Notes under the pieces: model-generated
Databases searched by the model: none
Told to the model about the DNA's origin: nothing
What the model saw: only the letters and a program-made list of their open reading frames with translations
Origin: Candidatus Eiseniibacteriota bacterium
GTDB taxonomy: Bacteria; Eisenbacteria; RBG-16-71-46; CAVPCR01
DNA length: 64,000 bases
Direction: 5' to 3'
Assembly: GCA_963702435.1 (NCBI GenBank)
Contig: CAVPCR010000001.1
Span: forward strand, 960,001 to 1,024,000
Shown: piece after piece, positions 52,704 through 62,761 of the stretch
Layout of the letters: the number at the start of each line of letters is the position of its first letter
How positions within the stretch are numbered: position 1 is the stretch's first letter
Translations under genes and position numbers: made by a program

Positions 52704-55295
52704 CTACACCCCTCTCGCCCGCCGGTCGAGAGCGCGCGCCCGGAGCGCCCGCGCCACCTCGTCCGCGCCCTCGATGAGCGTACGCCGGATGGGCGCAGGC
52801 GCCTTCTCGGCGGCCAGGAAGCGCTCCGTCCGCAGAACCAGCTCGTCGCTCATCGCGACGCGCGGATACATGCTGCCCGCGAAGCTCATGGCCACCTCGA
52901 TGTTCCGCTCCGCCCAGAACCCGGGGAGCGCCGCAAAGTACTTCTCGACGTACGGTGCGATGAGATCGACCTGCCCGGGCTGCATGAAGCCGCCCATCCG
53001 CGCCCTCATGAGCGCGAACGATCCCGTCGCCTCTCCGGCGATGCCGGCCCACGCCTCGGCCTTCGCCGCTGCGGCGGGGCGCGCGGCCCGCGCCGACAGG
53101 GCGCGTCGCTCACCCACGTCGGTCGCGTCGCGAGCGCGCTCGGCGGCGATCAGCTCCTCGCCCGCGACCCCGCTCGCGGCGAGGGCCAGCACGCACCGCC
53201 AGCGCAGATCGGTGTCCACCGCGAGACCGGGGACGACCTGCGTGCCATCGAGCAGATCGCGCACGAGCTGCACATGTTCCGCGCTCACCGCGGTCGCGAT
53301 GAAGCCCTCGGCCCACGCGAGCTGGGAATCACTCCCGGGCGCCGCCGACCGCAAAGCCGCGAGCGCCGCGCGGGCGAACTCGTCACGGGCCGCGTGACGT
53401 CGCGCCGGATCGCCGAAGACGTCGATGGCGCTGCGGGCACTGCTGATCAGCGACTCGACCACACCGATGTCGCTCTCCCCCGCGATGTTGTCGAGCACGA
53501 GCCGGATGTAGTCGCGCGCCGGCATCACCGCATCGCGCATCTCGTCCCGGGCAGCCGTCCAGCAGAGCGTCCGCGCGAGCGGATCGTCGAGCGTGGCGAG
53601 ATGTGCGCGTACCGTGCGCCACGAGCGCTCGTCGAGCCTGATCTTCGCGAACGTGAGATCGTCGTCGTTGGCAAGGAGGAGATCCGGCGCTCGCTCGCCG
53701 GCGAGCGTCGGCACGGGCGTGCGCGGACCGTCGATGTCGACCTCGAGCCGCCGGTGCCGGCGGAGCGCGCCGCCGGCAAGGCTGTAGAAGCCGATCCCGA
53801 TGCGATGCGGGCGGAGCGTCGGCCACTCGGGCGGCGCCGACTGCTCGATCGCGAGCGCCCGGATCTGCTCGTCGCCCCTCGTCCCGGCGCCCGGAGCGAT
53901 GTCCATGGCGCCGCGGAGCGTGTTGACGCCGGGGACCGCGAGCCAGGCGCGCGCCCACGCGTCGAGGTCGCGACCGGAAGCCGCGGCGAGCGCGCCGAGG
54001 AAGTCGGCAAGCTCTGCATTCCCGAACTCGTAGCGGCGGAAGTACGCCCGCACGCCCCGCAGGAACTCCTCCTCCCCCACCCAGGCCACGAGCTGCTTCA
54101 GGACCGAGGCGCCCTTCGCGTACGAGATGCCGTCGAAGTTCGAGCGCGCCGACTCGGTGTCGGGCACATCGGCGACGATCGGATGCGTGGTCGGGAGCTG
54201 ATCCTGGCGATAGGCCCACGGCTTGAGCGTCTGCGCGAAGGTGGTCCAGGCGTTCTTGAAACGCGTGGCGCGGACGAGGGCGAGCTGGCCCATGTAGGTC
54301 GCGAAGCTCTCGTTGAGCCAGAGATCGTCCCACCAGCGCATGGTGACGAGGTCGCCGAACCACATGTGGGCGAGCTCGTGCAGGATCGTGAGCGCACGAT
54401 CCTCGCGTGCGGCCGCGGTGACCTTCGAGCGGAAGATCATCGACTCGTGGAACGTGATGCAGCCCGCGTTCTCCATGGCGCCGGAGTTGTACTCGGGCAC
54501 GAAGACCTGATCGTACTTGCCGAAGGCGTACGGATAGGCGAAGAGCTCCTCGAAGAAGTCGAAGCCCTGCCGCGTGATCTCGAAGATCTCCTCCGGATCG
54601 AGATGGCGGGCGAGCGACTGCCGGCAGTAGACGCCGAGATCGAGCTCGAGGTGACGCGCCGCGACGCGGTGATAGGGACCGGCGCACACGGCCGTCACGT
54701 AGGTCGGGAGGATGCGGGTGCGGGCGAAGCGGTGGACGCCGCCGGAATCGGCGGCCGGGGCGGACGCCGCAGCGGCATTCGAGATCACCCGCCAGCCCGG
54801 GCGCGCCGCCACCGCGAACTCGAACGTGCCCTTCAGGTCCGGTTGATCGAAGCATGGATAGACGCGGTGGGCCTCGCGCGGCTCGAAGTCGGTGTAGCAG
54901 TAGACCAGGCCGTCGGCCGGGTCGCGAAAGTGGTGCATCCCGCTTCCGGAGTGCGAGTAGGCGCAGCGGGCGACCACGTGGAGCGTGTTCTCGGCGGCGA
55001 GATCGGCGAGGAGGAGGCGGCCGCCCCGGACCGCGTCCCGGCCGAGCACGCGCCCGTTGAGCGTCGCCGTCAGGACCTCGGCCGCCGTGAAATCGATGAA
55101 GGTGGTCGCGCCGGGCATGGCAGCGCCAAAGCGGACCGTGGCATCGCACTTGAAGGTCTCATCGCCCGAATCGAGATCGAGCGCGATCGTGTAGTGGGGA
55201 TGGGTGACGAGCGCGGCACGCGTGCGGGCTTCCACCCGGGTGAGCACGTCCTTGCCCTGGTCCGGCGCTGCAGGGGAAGCGGTCGGATGGTCCAC
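52704..55295 (-). CDS. pepN: Aminopeptidase N (M1 family)
   Basis: GAMEN, HELAH-x18-E (WWDDLWLNESFA) and FDGISYAKG. GAGGAGG RBS before GTG 55295. Confidence 0.92.
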   Translation of the reverse strand: MDHPTASPAAPDQGKDVLTRVEARTRAALVTHPHYTIALDLDSGDETFKCDATVRFGAAMPGATTFIDFTAAEVLTATLNGRVLGRDAVRGGRLLLADLAAENTLHVVARCAYSHSGSGMHHFRDPADGLVYCYTDFEPREAHRVYPCFDQPDLKGTFEFAVAARPGWRVISNAAAASAPAADSGGVHRFARTRILPTYVTAVCAGPYHRVAARHLELDLGVYCRQSLARHLDPEEIFEITRQGFDFFEELFAYPYAFGKYDQVFVPEYNSGAMENAGCITFHESMIFRSKVTAAAREDRALTILHELAHMWFGDLVTMRWWDDLWLNESFATYMGQLALVRATRFKNAWTTFAQTLKPWAYRQDQLPTTHPIVADVPDTESARSNFDGISYAKGASVLKQLVAWVGEEEFLRGVRAYFRRYEFGNAELADFLGALAAASGRDLDAWARAWLAVPGVNTLRGAMDIAPGAGTRGDEQIRALAIEQSAPPEWPTLRPHRIGIGFYSLAGGALRRHRRLEVDIDGPRTPVPTLAGERAPDLLLANDDDLTFAKIRLDERSWRTVRAHLATLDDPLARTLCWTAARDEMRDAVMPARDYIRLVLDNIAGESDIGVVESLISSARSAIDVFGDPARRHAARDEFARAALAALRSAAPGSDSQLAWAEGFIATAVSAEHVQLVRDLLDGTQVVPGLAVDTDLRWRCVLALAASGVAGEELIAAERARDATDVGERRALSARAARPAAAAKAEAWAGIAGEATGSFALMRARMGGFMQPGQVDLIAPYVEKYFAALPGFWAERNIEVAMSFAGSMYPRVAMSDELVLRTERFLAAEKAPAPIRRTLIEGADEVARALRARALDRRARGV

Positions 55296-55445
55296 GATGT
55301 CCTCCTCGGGCGGCCGGGGGCGGATTCGAGCGGTCGGGCTACCCGGGGCCCGGGTTCGCACGCCCCGGCGCCGCATGGGCCAGGTGGCGCTTCCCTCGGT
55401 CGGCTGCCCTGCGCATAATAGAGGAGAGTCACGCTGGAGGTATGG

Positions 55446-57989
55446 ATGCTCTCACTCCCCGGAGAATCCCCTCGCAGAGCGCGTTCCCTCGCGCGCGCAG
55501 CCGTGGTCGTCCTGACCATCCTCCTCGCAGCGGCCGGGCTGGCGGGCTCGGGCCACATCTTCACCCGCGGCTTCCTCGGGATGAGCCACCGGAACCTGAC
55601 CGTGGCGCAGGTGAGCCGCGGCGGTCCGGCCGAGGCGGCCGGCATCCGCCCGGGCGAGCGCATCCTTGCGGTCGGCGCCATCCCGGCGACCGAGCTGCCC
55701 ACCTGCAACTATCGCCTGCGGAGCATCCGGGTCGGCGAGACGCTCGCCCTCGAGATCGGCGCGGGCGCCGGAATCGCAACGCGCCGGACATCTCTCACTG
55801 CCGCCCGGCCGCCGGAAGGCGAGATCCTCTGGCGCTTCCTCCTCGCCGCGGCCGGGCTCTTCACGCTCGCGGTCGGCTTCCTCCTCGCCTACCAGCGACC
55901 CGAGAAGCTGACGCTCGTCTTCTTCGCCATCTGCTTCTCGATCAGCTTCTTCCTGCGGGAACGGCTGATCATCGAGTCGGCGACCTGGCGCGAGGTCCAC
56001 GACCGCCTGTACGAGCTCTTCGAGCTTCTCCTCCCGACCTTCTTCATCCACTTCTTCCTGCTCTTCCCCGCGCGCCTGCGGTCGGCGCGACGGCGGCTCG
56101 TGGAGCGCCTGATCTACGTGCCGCCCGTCCTCATCACGCTCGGCGTGATCGCGCTGCGCGCGTGGCTGGATCCGGACCCAGGCGGGGCTTTCCGCCGTGA
56201 ATCACTGCGCCTTCTCGTCGCCACCCTCTATGTGCTCGCGAGCACGGCCTTCGCCGTCGTCCTCTTCGTCCGTTCCTATCGCGCCACGCGCGCCGGCCGC
56301 GACCGCGCGCAGCTGCGCGTCGTCGTGTGGGGGACCGTGCTCGGCATCGCGCCCCTCCTCATCGCCTTCGTGCTCGCCAATCTGCTGCCGGCGGTCGGGC
56401 TCCCGGGACTCCGCTACACGATCTTCGCGCTGCTCCTCATCCCCGCCTCGTTCGGGTATGCGGCGTTCCGCTACCGCGTGTTCGATCTCGAGGTGCTGGT
56501 CAAGAGGAGCGTTCTCTACTCGGTGCTGACGGCGCTCGTCATCGGCCTCTACTTCGGCATCGTGATCGGCCTCGGCGGGCTCCTGTACCGGGTGACCGGC
56601 GCCCAGAACCCGCTCCTCGCCGTCGTCTCGGTCGTCCTGATCACGCTCCTCGCCGCACCGGCGCGCGCGAAGCTGCAGCGATTCACCGACCGCGTCTTCT
56701 TTCCCGAGCGCTACGACGCGCGCCTCACGCTCCGGCGCTTCTCGCACGAGCTCGCGCGCATGCTCGAGCTCAAAGGGATCGCGAACCTCCTCGTCGAGAG
56801 GGTCGTCGGAACGCTGGCGCTCGAATCGGCGGCGCTCCTCGTGCAACGCGCACCGGGCGATCCTTTCGTGCCGCAGCGGGCGACGCCGGGCGAGGCGGAG
56901 GAGCTGCCGGCGATCTCCGCAGCGGCGGCTTCGCTCCTCGCCCCCGCTCCCGGCGGAAGCGGAGATGGCGATGGGAGCGAGGACGGCGACGGGGCGCGGA
57001 GCCGCCCGGTGCGCCTCGCGGGACCGGGGGCGGCCGGACGTCTCGAGCTCCTGCCGTACGACGAGCGCCGCGCCCTCGAGCGCTACGTCCCGGCGCTGGC
57101 GGTACCGCTCTGGGGCCGGCATCGGCTCCTCGGGCTCCTCCTGCTGGGCGCGCCGCGCGAGGGAGGCTGGTCGAGCCTCGAGGACCTCGAGCTTCTCGAG
57201 ACGCTCGGCGAGCAGGCGGCGGTCTCGCTCGAGAACGCGCTCCTCCACGAGTCCGAGATCGAGCGCGTGCGCGTGGCGCAGGAACTCGCGGTAGCCCGCG
57301 ATATTCAGAATCACCTGGTACCGGCCGGCGAGCCCGAGTGCGAGTCGATCGTCTTCGCCGGCTCGACGACGCCGAGCCACGAGATCGGCGGCGACTTCTA
57401 CGACTACGTGCCGATCGACGGACAGCGGCTCGGGGTCGCGATCGCCGACGTGTCAGGGAAGGGCATCCCGGCCGCCCTCCTCATGGCCGGGGTCCAGTCC
57501 TCGTTCCGCATGGAGGCGGAGCGCGGCGGCTCGCCGGCCCAGGTGCTCGCCGTGTTGAACCACCGGATCCACACGCTCGGCGAGTCCGATCGCTTCGTCT
57601 GCTTCTTCTACGGACTCCTTGATCTCGAGAGCCGCCAGATCACCTACGCCAACGGCGGGCTCGACCCGCCGATCCTGATCCGCGCCTCGGGGAGGGTGGA
57701 ACGGCTGGTGCGCGGCGGGCCGGTGCTCGGTGTGGTCGGCGACGCGCGCTTCGACGAGGGCAAGGTGACCCTCGCCCCCGGTGACACGCTCGTCCTCTAC
57801 ACGGACGGGGTCGTCGAGCCCGCGGACATCGCTTCGGGATTCGGCGAGGACGACCTGATCGAGTTCCTCGTCGCGCACCGGCACGAGCCGGCGGCGCGGC
57901 TCCGCCAGCTCACGATCGAGCGCCTGCTGGCGCTCGCCGGCGACACGAGCCTCGACGACACGACGTTGATCGTGGCGCGGGCGAGGTAG
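55446..57989 (+). CDS. PDZ + multi-TM + GAF + SpoIIE/RsbU (PP2C) phosphatase
   Basis: GPAEAAGIRPGERI (PDZ), many TMs, GGDFYD, ADVSGKG, LYTDG and DDTT. Confidence 0.88.
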   Translation: MLSLPGESPRRARSLARAAVVVLTILLAAAGLAGSGHIFTRGFLGMSHRNLTVAQVSRGGPAEAAGIRPGERILAVGAIPATELPTCNYRLRSIRVGETLALEIGAGAGIATRRTSLTAARPPEGEILWRFLLAAAGLFTLAVGFLLAYQRPEKLTLVFFAICFSISFFLRERLIIESATWREVHDRLYELFELLLPTFFIHFFLLFPARLRSARRRLVERLIYVPPVLITLGVIALRAWLDPDPGGAFRRESLRLLVATLYVLASTAFAVVLFVRSYRATRAGRDRAQLRVVVWGTVLGIAPLLIAFVLANLLPAVGLPGLRYTIFALLLIPASFGYAAFRYRVFDLEVLVKRSVLYSVLTALVIGLYFGIVIGLGGLLYRVTGAQNPLLAVVSVVLITLLAAPARAKLQRFTDRVFFPERYDARLTLRRFSHELARMLELKGIANLLVERVVGTLALESAALLVQRAPGDPFVPQRATPGEAEELPAISAAAASLLAPAPGGSGDGDGSEDGDGARSRPVRLAGPGAAGRLELLPYDERRALERYVPALAVPLWGRHRLLGLLLLGAPREGGWSSLEDLELLETLGEQAAVSLENALLHESEIERVRVAQELAVARDIQNHLVPAGEPECESIVFAGSTTPSHEIGGDFYDYVPIDGQRLGVAIADVSGKGIPAALLMAGVQSSFRMEAERGGSPAQVLAVLNHRIHTLGESDRFVCFFYGLLDLESRQITYANGGLDPPILIRASGRVERLVRGGPVLGVVGDARFDEGKVTLAPGDTLVLYTDGVVEPADIASGFGEDDLIEFLVAHRHEPAARLRQLTIERLLALAGDTSLDDTTLIVARAR

Positions 57990-58012
57990 GACAGTGGGCC
58001 GTGCAGGAGTGA

Positions 58013-58660
58013 CTACCGGTACCGGGTCTTGACGGCTCCCCACGTCGCCGGTTCGACCGCGAGCGGCGTGACGACCGCCACGGTCGTACACGCGCTCATG
58101 GCGCCGTCGTCATCGGTGACGACGAGCGTGACGGTGTAGTACCCACCGATCGCATAGGCATGTTCAGGTGTCGGCCCGCTGCCCGTGGCCCCGTCGTCGA
58201 AGGACCACTCGTAGGACACGATGGCCCCCTCGGGCGCGGACGACCTGGTGCCGTCGAACTGGATCGGTATGGCGACCGAGCCGTAGTACGGACCGCCCGC
58301 ATCGCAGACCGGCGGGCCGATCTCACCGTAGATGTCGGCGGTCGTGGTGCAGGAGCTCGTCGCGTTCGTGTCGTCGGTGACGGTGAGCATGACCGTGAAG
58401 AGGTCGATCGTCATGTAGAAGTGCAACGGCGTCGGACCCGTGGCTGTCGTGCCGTCGCCGAAGGACCACGCGTAGGAGACGATCGCGCCTCCCGGGGCGT
58501 GCGAAGCGCTGCCGTCGAACTGGACGGGCACACCGAGGATCATGGAGTAGGGTCCTCCGGCGTCGCAGACCGGCTCTGCCCGGAGCGCGCGCGCGGGGAG
58601 GAGCGCGGCCAAAGCCAAGAGCGCCCACGGCCACCACCACCGTCCAACCGGGATTCGCAT
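58013..58660 (-). CDS. Secreted tandem-PKD-domain protein with C-terminal VEPATWGAVKTRYR motif
   Basis: Two PVCDAGGPY...FDG...IVSYxWSFxDG...TVxLxVTDD repeats and a signal peptide. Confidence 0.85.
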   Translation of the reverse strand: MRIPVGRWWWPWALLALAALLPARALRAEPVCDAGGPYSMILGVPVQFDGSASHAPGGAIVSYAWSFGDGTTATGPTPLHFYMTIDLFTVMLTVTDDTNATSSCTTTADIYGEIGPPVCDAGGPYYGSVAIPIQFDGTRSSAPEGAIVSYEWSFDDGATGSGPTPEHAYAIGGYYTVTLVVTDDDGAMSACTTVAVVTPLAVEPATWGAVKTRYR

Positions 58661-58847
58661 GCAGAGTCCCACCTCTTTGTCGATTCTACCGCTTTCCGTC
58701 CGGGCCCGGCTCGGGCCCGGACCCGGTCGATTTCGCAACGCCTCGCGCATCGAGGTTGCCCGCCGCACTCCTTTCCCCGTTCCCCGGGCAGTCCGCCAAG
58801 TTGAGCCCGGATAGGCAGTTGCATTCCTCGCCCCGGTCCCCGGCAAC

Positions 58848-58863
58848 CGGCACGCCCCATGCG
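58848..58863 (+). promoter_or_regulatory. Possible sigma54 promoter
   Basis: CGGCACGccccATGCG with GG-N10-GC spacing. Confidence 0.35.
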
Positions 58864-59079
58864 ATAAAGCGCTAACGAACGGCACCTATCAGGCCGTTTG
58901 CAGAGATGGGGCGGAAGGGATGGGTTCCGGTTCACCGGCTTGAGTAAGGACGTCCTGACAAGAGGCGACGCCGCCGCCCACGGACGCGCGGGTGACGGCG
59001 CCAGATGCAGACCGCCTCTCGGGGCGACGGACCGACTGCGAAGCCGATCCGCCATGCCGAGCGACGGAGGGAGGGCTCG

Positions 59080-59142
59080 ATGTACAGCCTCCTCCTCGGA
59101 CTCAGCTTCCTCGTGGACATCTTCTGGTGGATCTGGCGCTAG
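59080..59142 (+). CDS. Small 20-aa hydrophobic peptide MYSLLLGLSFLVDIFWWIWR
   Basis: GGAGGGAGG RBS. 19 of 20 codons end in G/C. Lies in an otherwise unexplained 1-kb gap. Confidence 0.6.
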   Translation: MYSLLLGLSFLVDIFWWIWR

Positions 59143-59674
59143 CCAGGCCCATCGAGAAGCGGTCCCTTCGATCGGCACGACCCACCCGGACTAAGGGCGT
59201 GACGCGCGCGGTCCACCCGCTCGGGGCCCGGCCGTGGCGCTTCACGCTCACGGGCGATCGGTAGCCGCGATCGTCGCCGGCAGAGCGAGCAGCGACTCGC
59301 CGGCCGGCAGACGCGTGCGGGACACCCGGGACGCGAGAGCGCGCTCGCGTTCCGGTTCGCGGCGCGCTTGCGATACGAGGCGGGGCTTCCTCACGGAGGC
59401 CCCGCCTCGTTTTCATGGGCTGCGCGCCGCTGCTGTGTCGCAACGGATGCCGCTGCCACCGGCGCGTCCGGGATCGTGAATCGGGCGGACCGCCAGCGCC
59501 CCCGTTTCGGGACCACCTGCCACGGGGCCCCGGTGGGCCGCTCCCCGCCCGGGCCTCGGGGCTGCCACTGTCGGCACTTTTCACTACCACCGCGAACGCC
59601 TATACTCCCCGTACGCTCGCTGCTCCCCGCTCGACAACCGACGAAGCGCTACCACCCGGAAGGATTCCGTTTCC

Positions 59675-61260
59675 ATGCGCGATCCCTGGACTCGACGTGA
59701 TTTCCTCCGAACCGGCGGCACCGCCTTCGCCGCGTTCCCGCTCGCCGGCCTCTGGCTCGATGAGGCGTTCGCCGCCGAGGCGCGACCGGCGCAACCGGCG
59801 GCGCCGCCGGCGTCGCGCCCGTCTTCGCCGACCACTTCGGCCTCGACGCGGCGGCGATGGAGAAGCTCCTCGCGATCGCCATGTCCCGCGGCGGCGACTA
59901 CGCGGACCTCTACTTCGAGTACCGGCTCTCGAACTCGATCTCCTTCGAGGAGAACCAGGTCAAGGACGCCTCGCGCGGCATCGTCCTCGGCGCGGGCGTG
60001 CGCGTGATCGCCGGCGACAAGACCGGCTACGCGTACTCGGATGACCTCTCCTTCGAGCGGCTCCAGCGCGCGGCGGAGACCGCGGCGCACATCGCCACCC
60101 AGCCGCGCGAGATCGGGCCGATCGCGATCGCGCCGCAATCCCTCCCCCACTACTACCTCGGGCGCCAGCTCGCGAGCGACGCGACCACCAAGGAGAAGCT
60201 CGCCCTCATCGAGCGCGCGAACCAGGCCGGCTACAAGGCGGACCCGCGCATCAGCAAGATGGTCGTCAACTACGGCGACGAGTTGAAGATCGTCCAGATC
60301 GCGAACACGGCGGGACAGCTCATCCGCGACACGCAACCCATGCTGCGGTTCCGCATCCGCGCCCTCGCCGAGGAAGGGAGCGAGCGCCAGAACGGCTCGA
60401 TGGCCGGCGGCGGCCGCGTCGGGCTCGAGTACTTCGCCGAGACCTCCCCCGAGTCGCTCGGCGAGAAGGCGGCGCGCCAGGCGATCACCATGCTCCACGC
60501 CGACGAGGCGCCGGCCGGCATGATGGAGGTCGTCCTCGGGAACGCCTACTCGGGGATCCTCCTCCACGAGGCGGTCGGGCACGGGCTCGAGGCCGACTTC
60601 AACCGGAAGGGCACCTCCAACTACTCGGGCAAGGTCGGCGAGATGGTGGCCTCGGAGCTTTGCACGGTCGTCGACGACGGCACGATCGCCGGCGATCGCG
60701 GCGCCATCAACGTGGACGACGAGGGGAACCCGTCCCAGCGGAAGGTCCTGATCGAGCGCGGGCGCCTCACCGGCTACATGCACGACCGCATCTCGGCGCG
60801 CGCCATGAGCGCTCCGGCGACCGGGAGCGGGCGGCGCGAGTCCTACCAGCACATGCCGCTCCCGCGCATGACGACGACCTACATGCTCGCCGGCGAATCC
60901 ACGCCCGAGGAGATCATCCGCTCGGTGAAGCGCGGCTTCTATGCGTTCGGCTTCGGCGGCGGACAGGTGGACATCTCGAACGGGGATTTCGTCTTCTCCG
61001 TCACCGAGGGCTACCTGATCGAGGACGGGAAGGTGACGCGACCGGTGAAGGGCGCGACCTTGATCGGCAACGGCCCCCAGGTCCTCGGCAAGGTGAGCAT
61101 GGTCGGCAACGATTTCCGCATCTCGGAAGCGATGTGGACCTGCGGCAAGGACGGGCAGAGCGTGCCGGTCGGAGTCGGCATGCCGCACGCGAAGATCGCC
61201 GAGATCACGGTGGGCGGGACGCGGAAGCCGTCGGGGCTCCCCACCCATCTCCAGTCGTAG
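59675..61260 (+). CDS. tldD: TldD metalloprotease with Tat signal, interrupted by a 1-nt frameshift near 59780
   Basis: HEAVGHGLE and CGKDGQSVPVG in the 59857 frame. TRRDFL Tat peptide in the 59675 frame. Confidence 0.85.
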
Positions 61261-61288
61261 CGGAAACGGATCCGGAGTCAACCCACAC

Positions 61289-62653
61289 ATGAGCGATCAG
61301 AAGCAGTACGCCGATCTCGCCGCCGAGGTGGTCCGCCGCGCCCAGAAGCTCGGCGCCGATCACGCCGAGGTCATGATCACGAGCGGCAGCGACTTCTCGG
61401 TCTCCGTGCGCATGGGCGAGATCGACACGCTGTCCGAAGCCACGTCCAAGGCGATGGGGATCCGCGTGTTCAAGGGGAAGAAGAAGTTCCTCTCCTACAC
61501 GTCGGACTTCGATCTCGAATCGATCGAGCGCTTCGTCCGCGAGTCGCTCACACTCGCCGATCTGACCGGGGATGACGAGGCGAGCGGGCTTCCCGCGGCC
61601 GACGAGCTCGCCGATCCGGCCACGGCGCCCGATCTCGCGCTCCACGATCCGGCGATCGACACGATCCCGACCGAGAAGCGGGTGGCCATGGCGCTCGCCG
61701 CCGAGAAGGCCGCGTTCGACTTCGACCCGCGGATCACGAACTCCTCGGGCGCCGACTTCTCGAGCTCCGAGGGGACGACCGTCCTCGCCAACTCGCTCGG
61801 CTTCACGGGCGCCTACCGCGAGTCGTCGGTGGGCCTCTCGGTGGCGCCGGTCGTGGATGCCGGCGGCAAGAAGCAGACCGACTACTGGTTCAGCCGGAGC
61901 CGCCGGGCGGCCGATCTCGCCCCGCCCGAGGAGGTCGGGCGAGAAGCGGCGCGGCGTGTCCTCCGCCGCCTCGATCCGATGAAGCCCGAGACGCGCGCCG
62001 TCCCCGTCGTCCTCGATCCGCTCATGGCGTCGGGCCTCGTCCGCATGGTCTTCATGGCGGCGAGCGGCGACATGGTGTGGCGGAAGCAGACCTTCCTCGC
62101 CGACCGTCTGGGACAGACGATCGCCTCCGACCTGGTGACGATCGTCGACGATCCGCTCCGCCCGGGCGATCTCGGCTCCCGCCCCTTCGACGCCGAAGGC
62201 GTGCGTTCCCGGAAGAACGTCATCGTCGAACGTGGCGTCCTCCGCCAGTTCCTCACCTCGACCTACTCGGCGCGCCGGCTCGGCGGGCGCTCGACCGGGA
62301 ACGCCTCGCGCGGGGTCAGTTCCGAGCCGGGGGTCGGCCCCTCGAATCTCTACCTCGAGCCCGGGCCGCACGATCCGGAAGAGCTCATCGCCTCGGTCGC
62401 CGATGGCCTCTACGTCACCAGTATGATGGGCTTCGGCGTCAACATGGTGAAGGGCGACTTCTCGCGGGGTGCTGCCGGAATCTGGATCGAGAACGGAAAG
62501 CTCACGCGAGCGGTGGCCGAGATCACGGTCGCCGGCAACATGAACGACATCCTGAAGGGCATCGTCATGGTCGGAAACGACATCCACCATGACTGGGGCA
62601 GCGTGCGCGCGCCGTCGTTGAAAATCGCGACATTGACGGTGTCCGGAGCCTGA
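61289..62653 (+). CDS. pmbA: PmbA/TldE family protein
   Basis: Follows tldD. FDAEG, STGNA, GDFSRGAAG and EITVAGN motifs. No HExxxH. Confidence 0.88.
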   Translation: MSDQKQYADLAAEVVRRAQKLGADHAEVMITSGSDFSVSVRMGEIDTLSEATSKAMGIRVFKGKKKFLSYTSDFDLESIERFVRESLTLADLTGDDEASGLPAADELADPATAPDLALHDPAIDTIPTEKRVAMALAAEKAAFDFDPRITNSSGADFSSSEGTTVLANSLGFTGAYRESSVGLSVAPVVDAGGKKQTDYWFSRSRRAADLAPPEEVGREAARRVLRRLDPMKPETRAVPVVLDPLMASGLVRMVFMAASGDMVWRKQTFLADRLGQTIASDLVTIVDDPLRPGDLGSRPFDAEGVRSRKNVIVERGVLRQFLTSTYSARRLGGRSTGNASRGVSSEPGVGPSNLYLEPGPHDPEELIASVADGLYVTSMMGFGVNMVKGDFSRGAAGIWIENGKLTRAVAEITVAGNMNDILKGIVMVGNDIHHDWGSVRAPSLKIATLTVSGA

Positions 62654-62761
62654 TCGACGGAACCCGGGGCCTGAGCGACGGCGTCCGGGCCCGAGCGGTC
62701 CCGCGGAGCCGCCGGTTTTCCTGTGGCGAAAACCGACCGGAAGGCCGATCATCCGGCCGCC

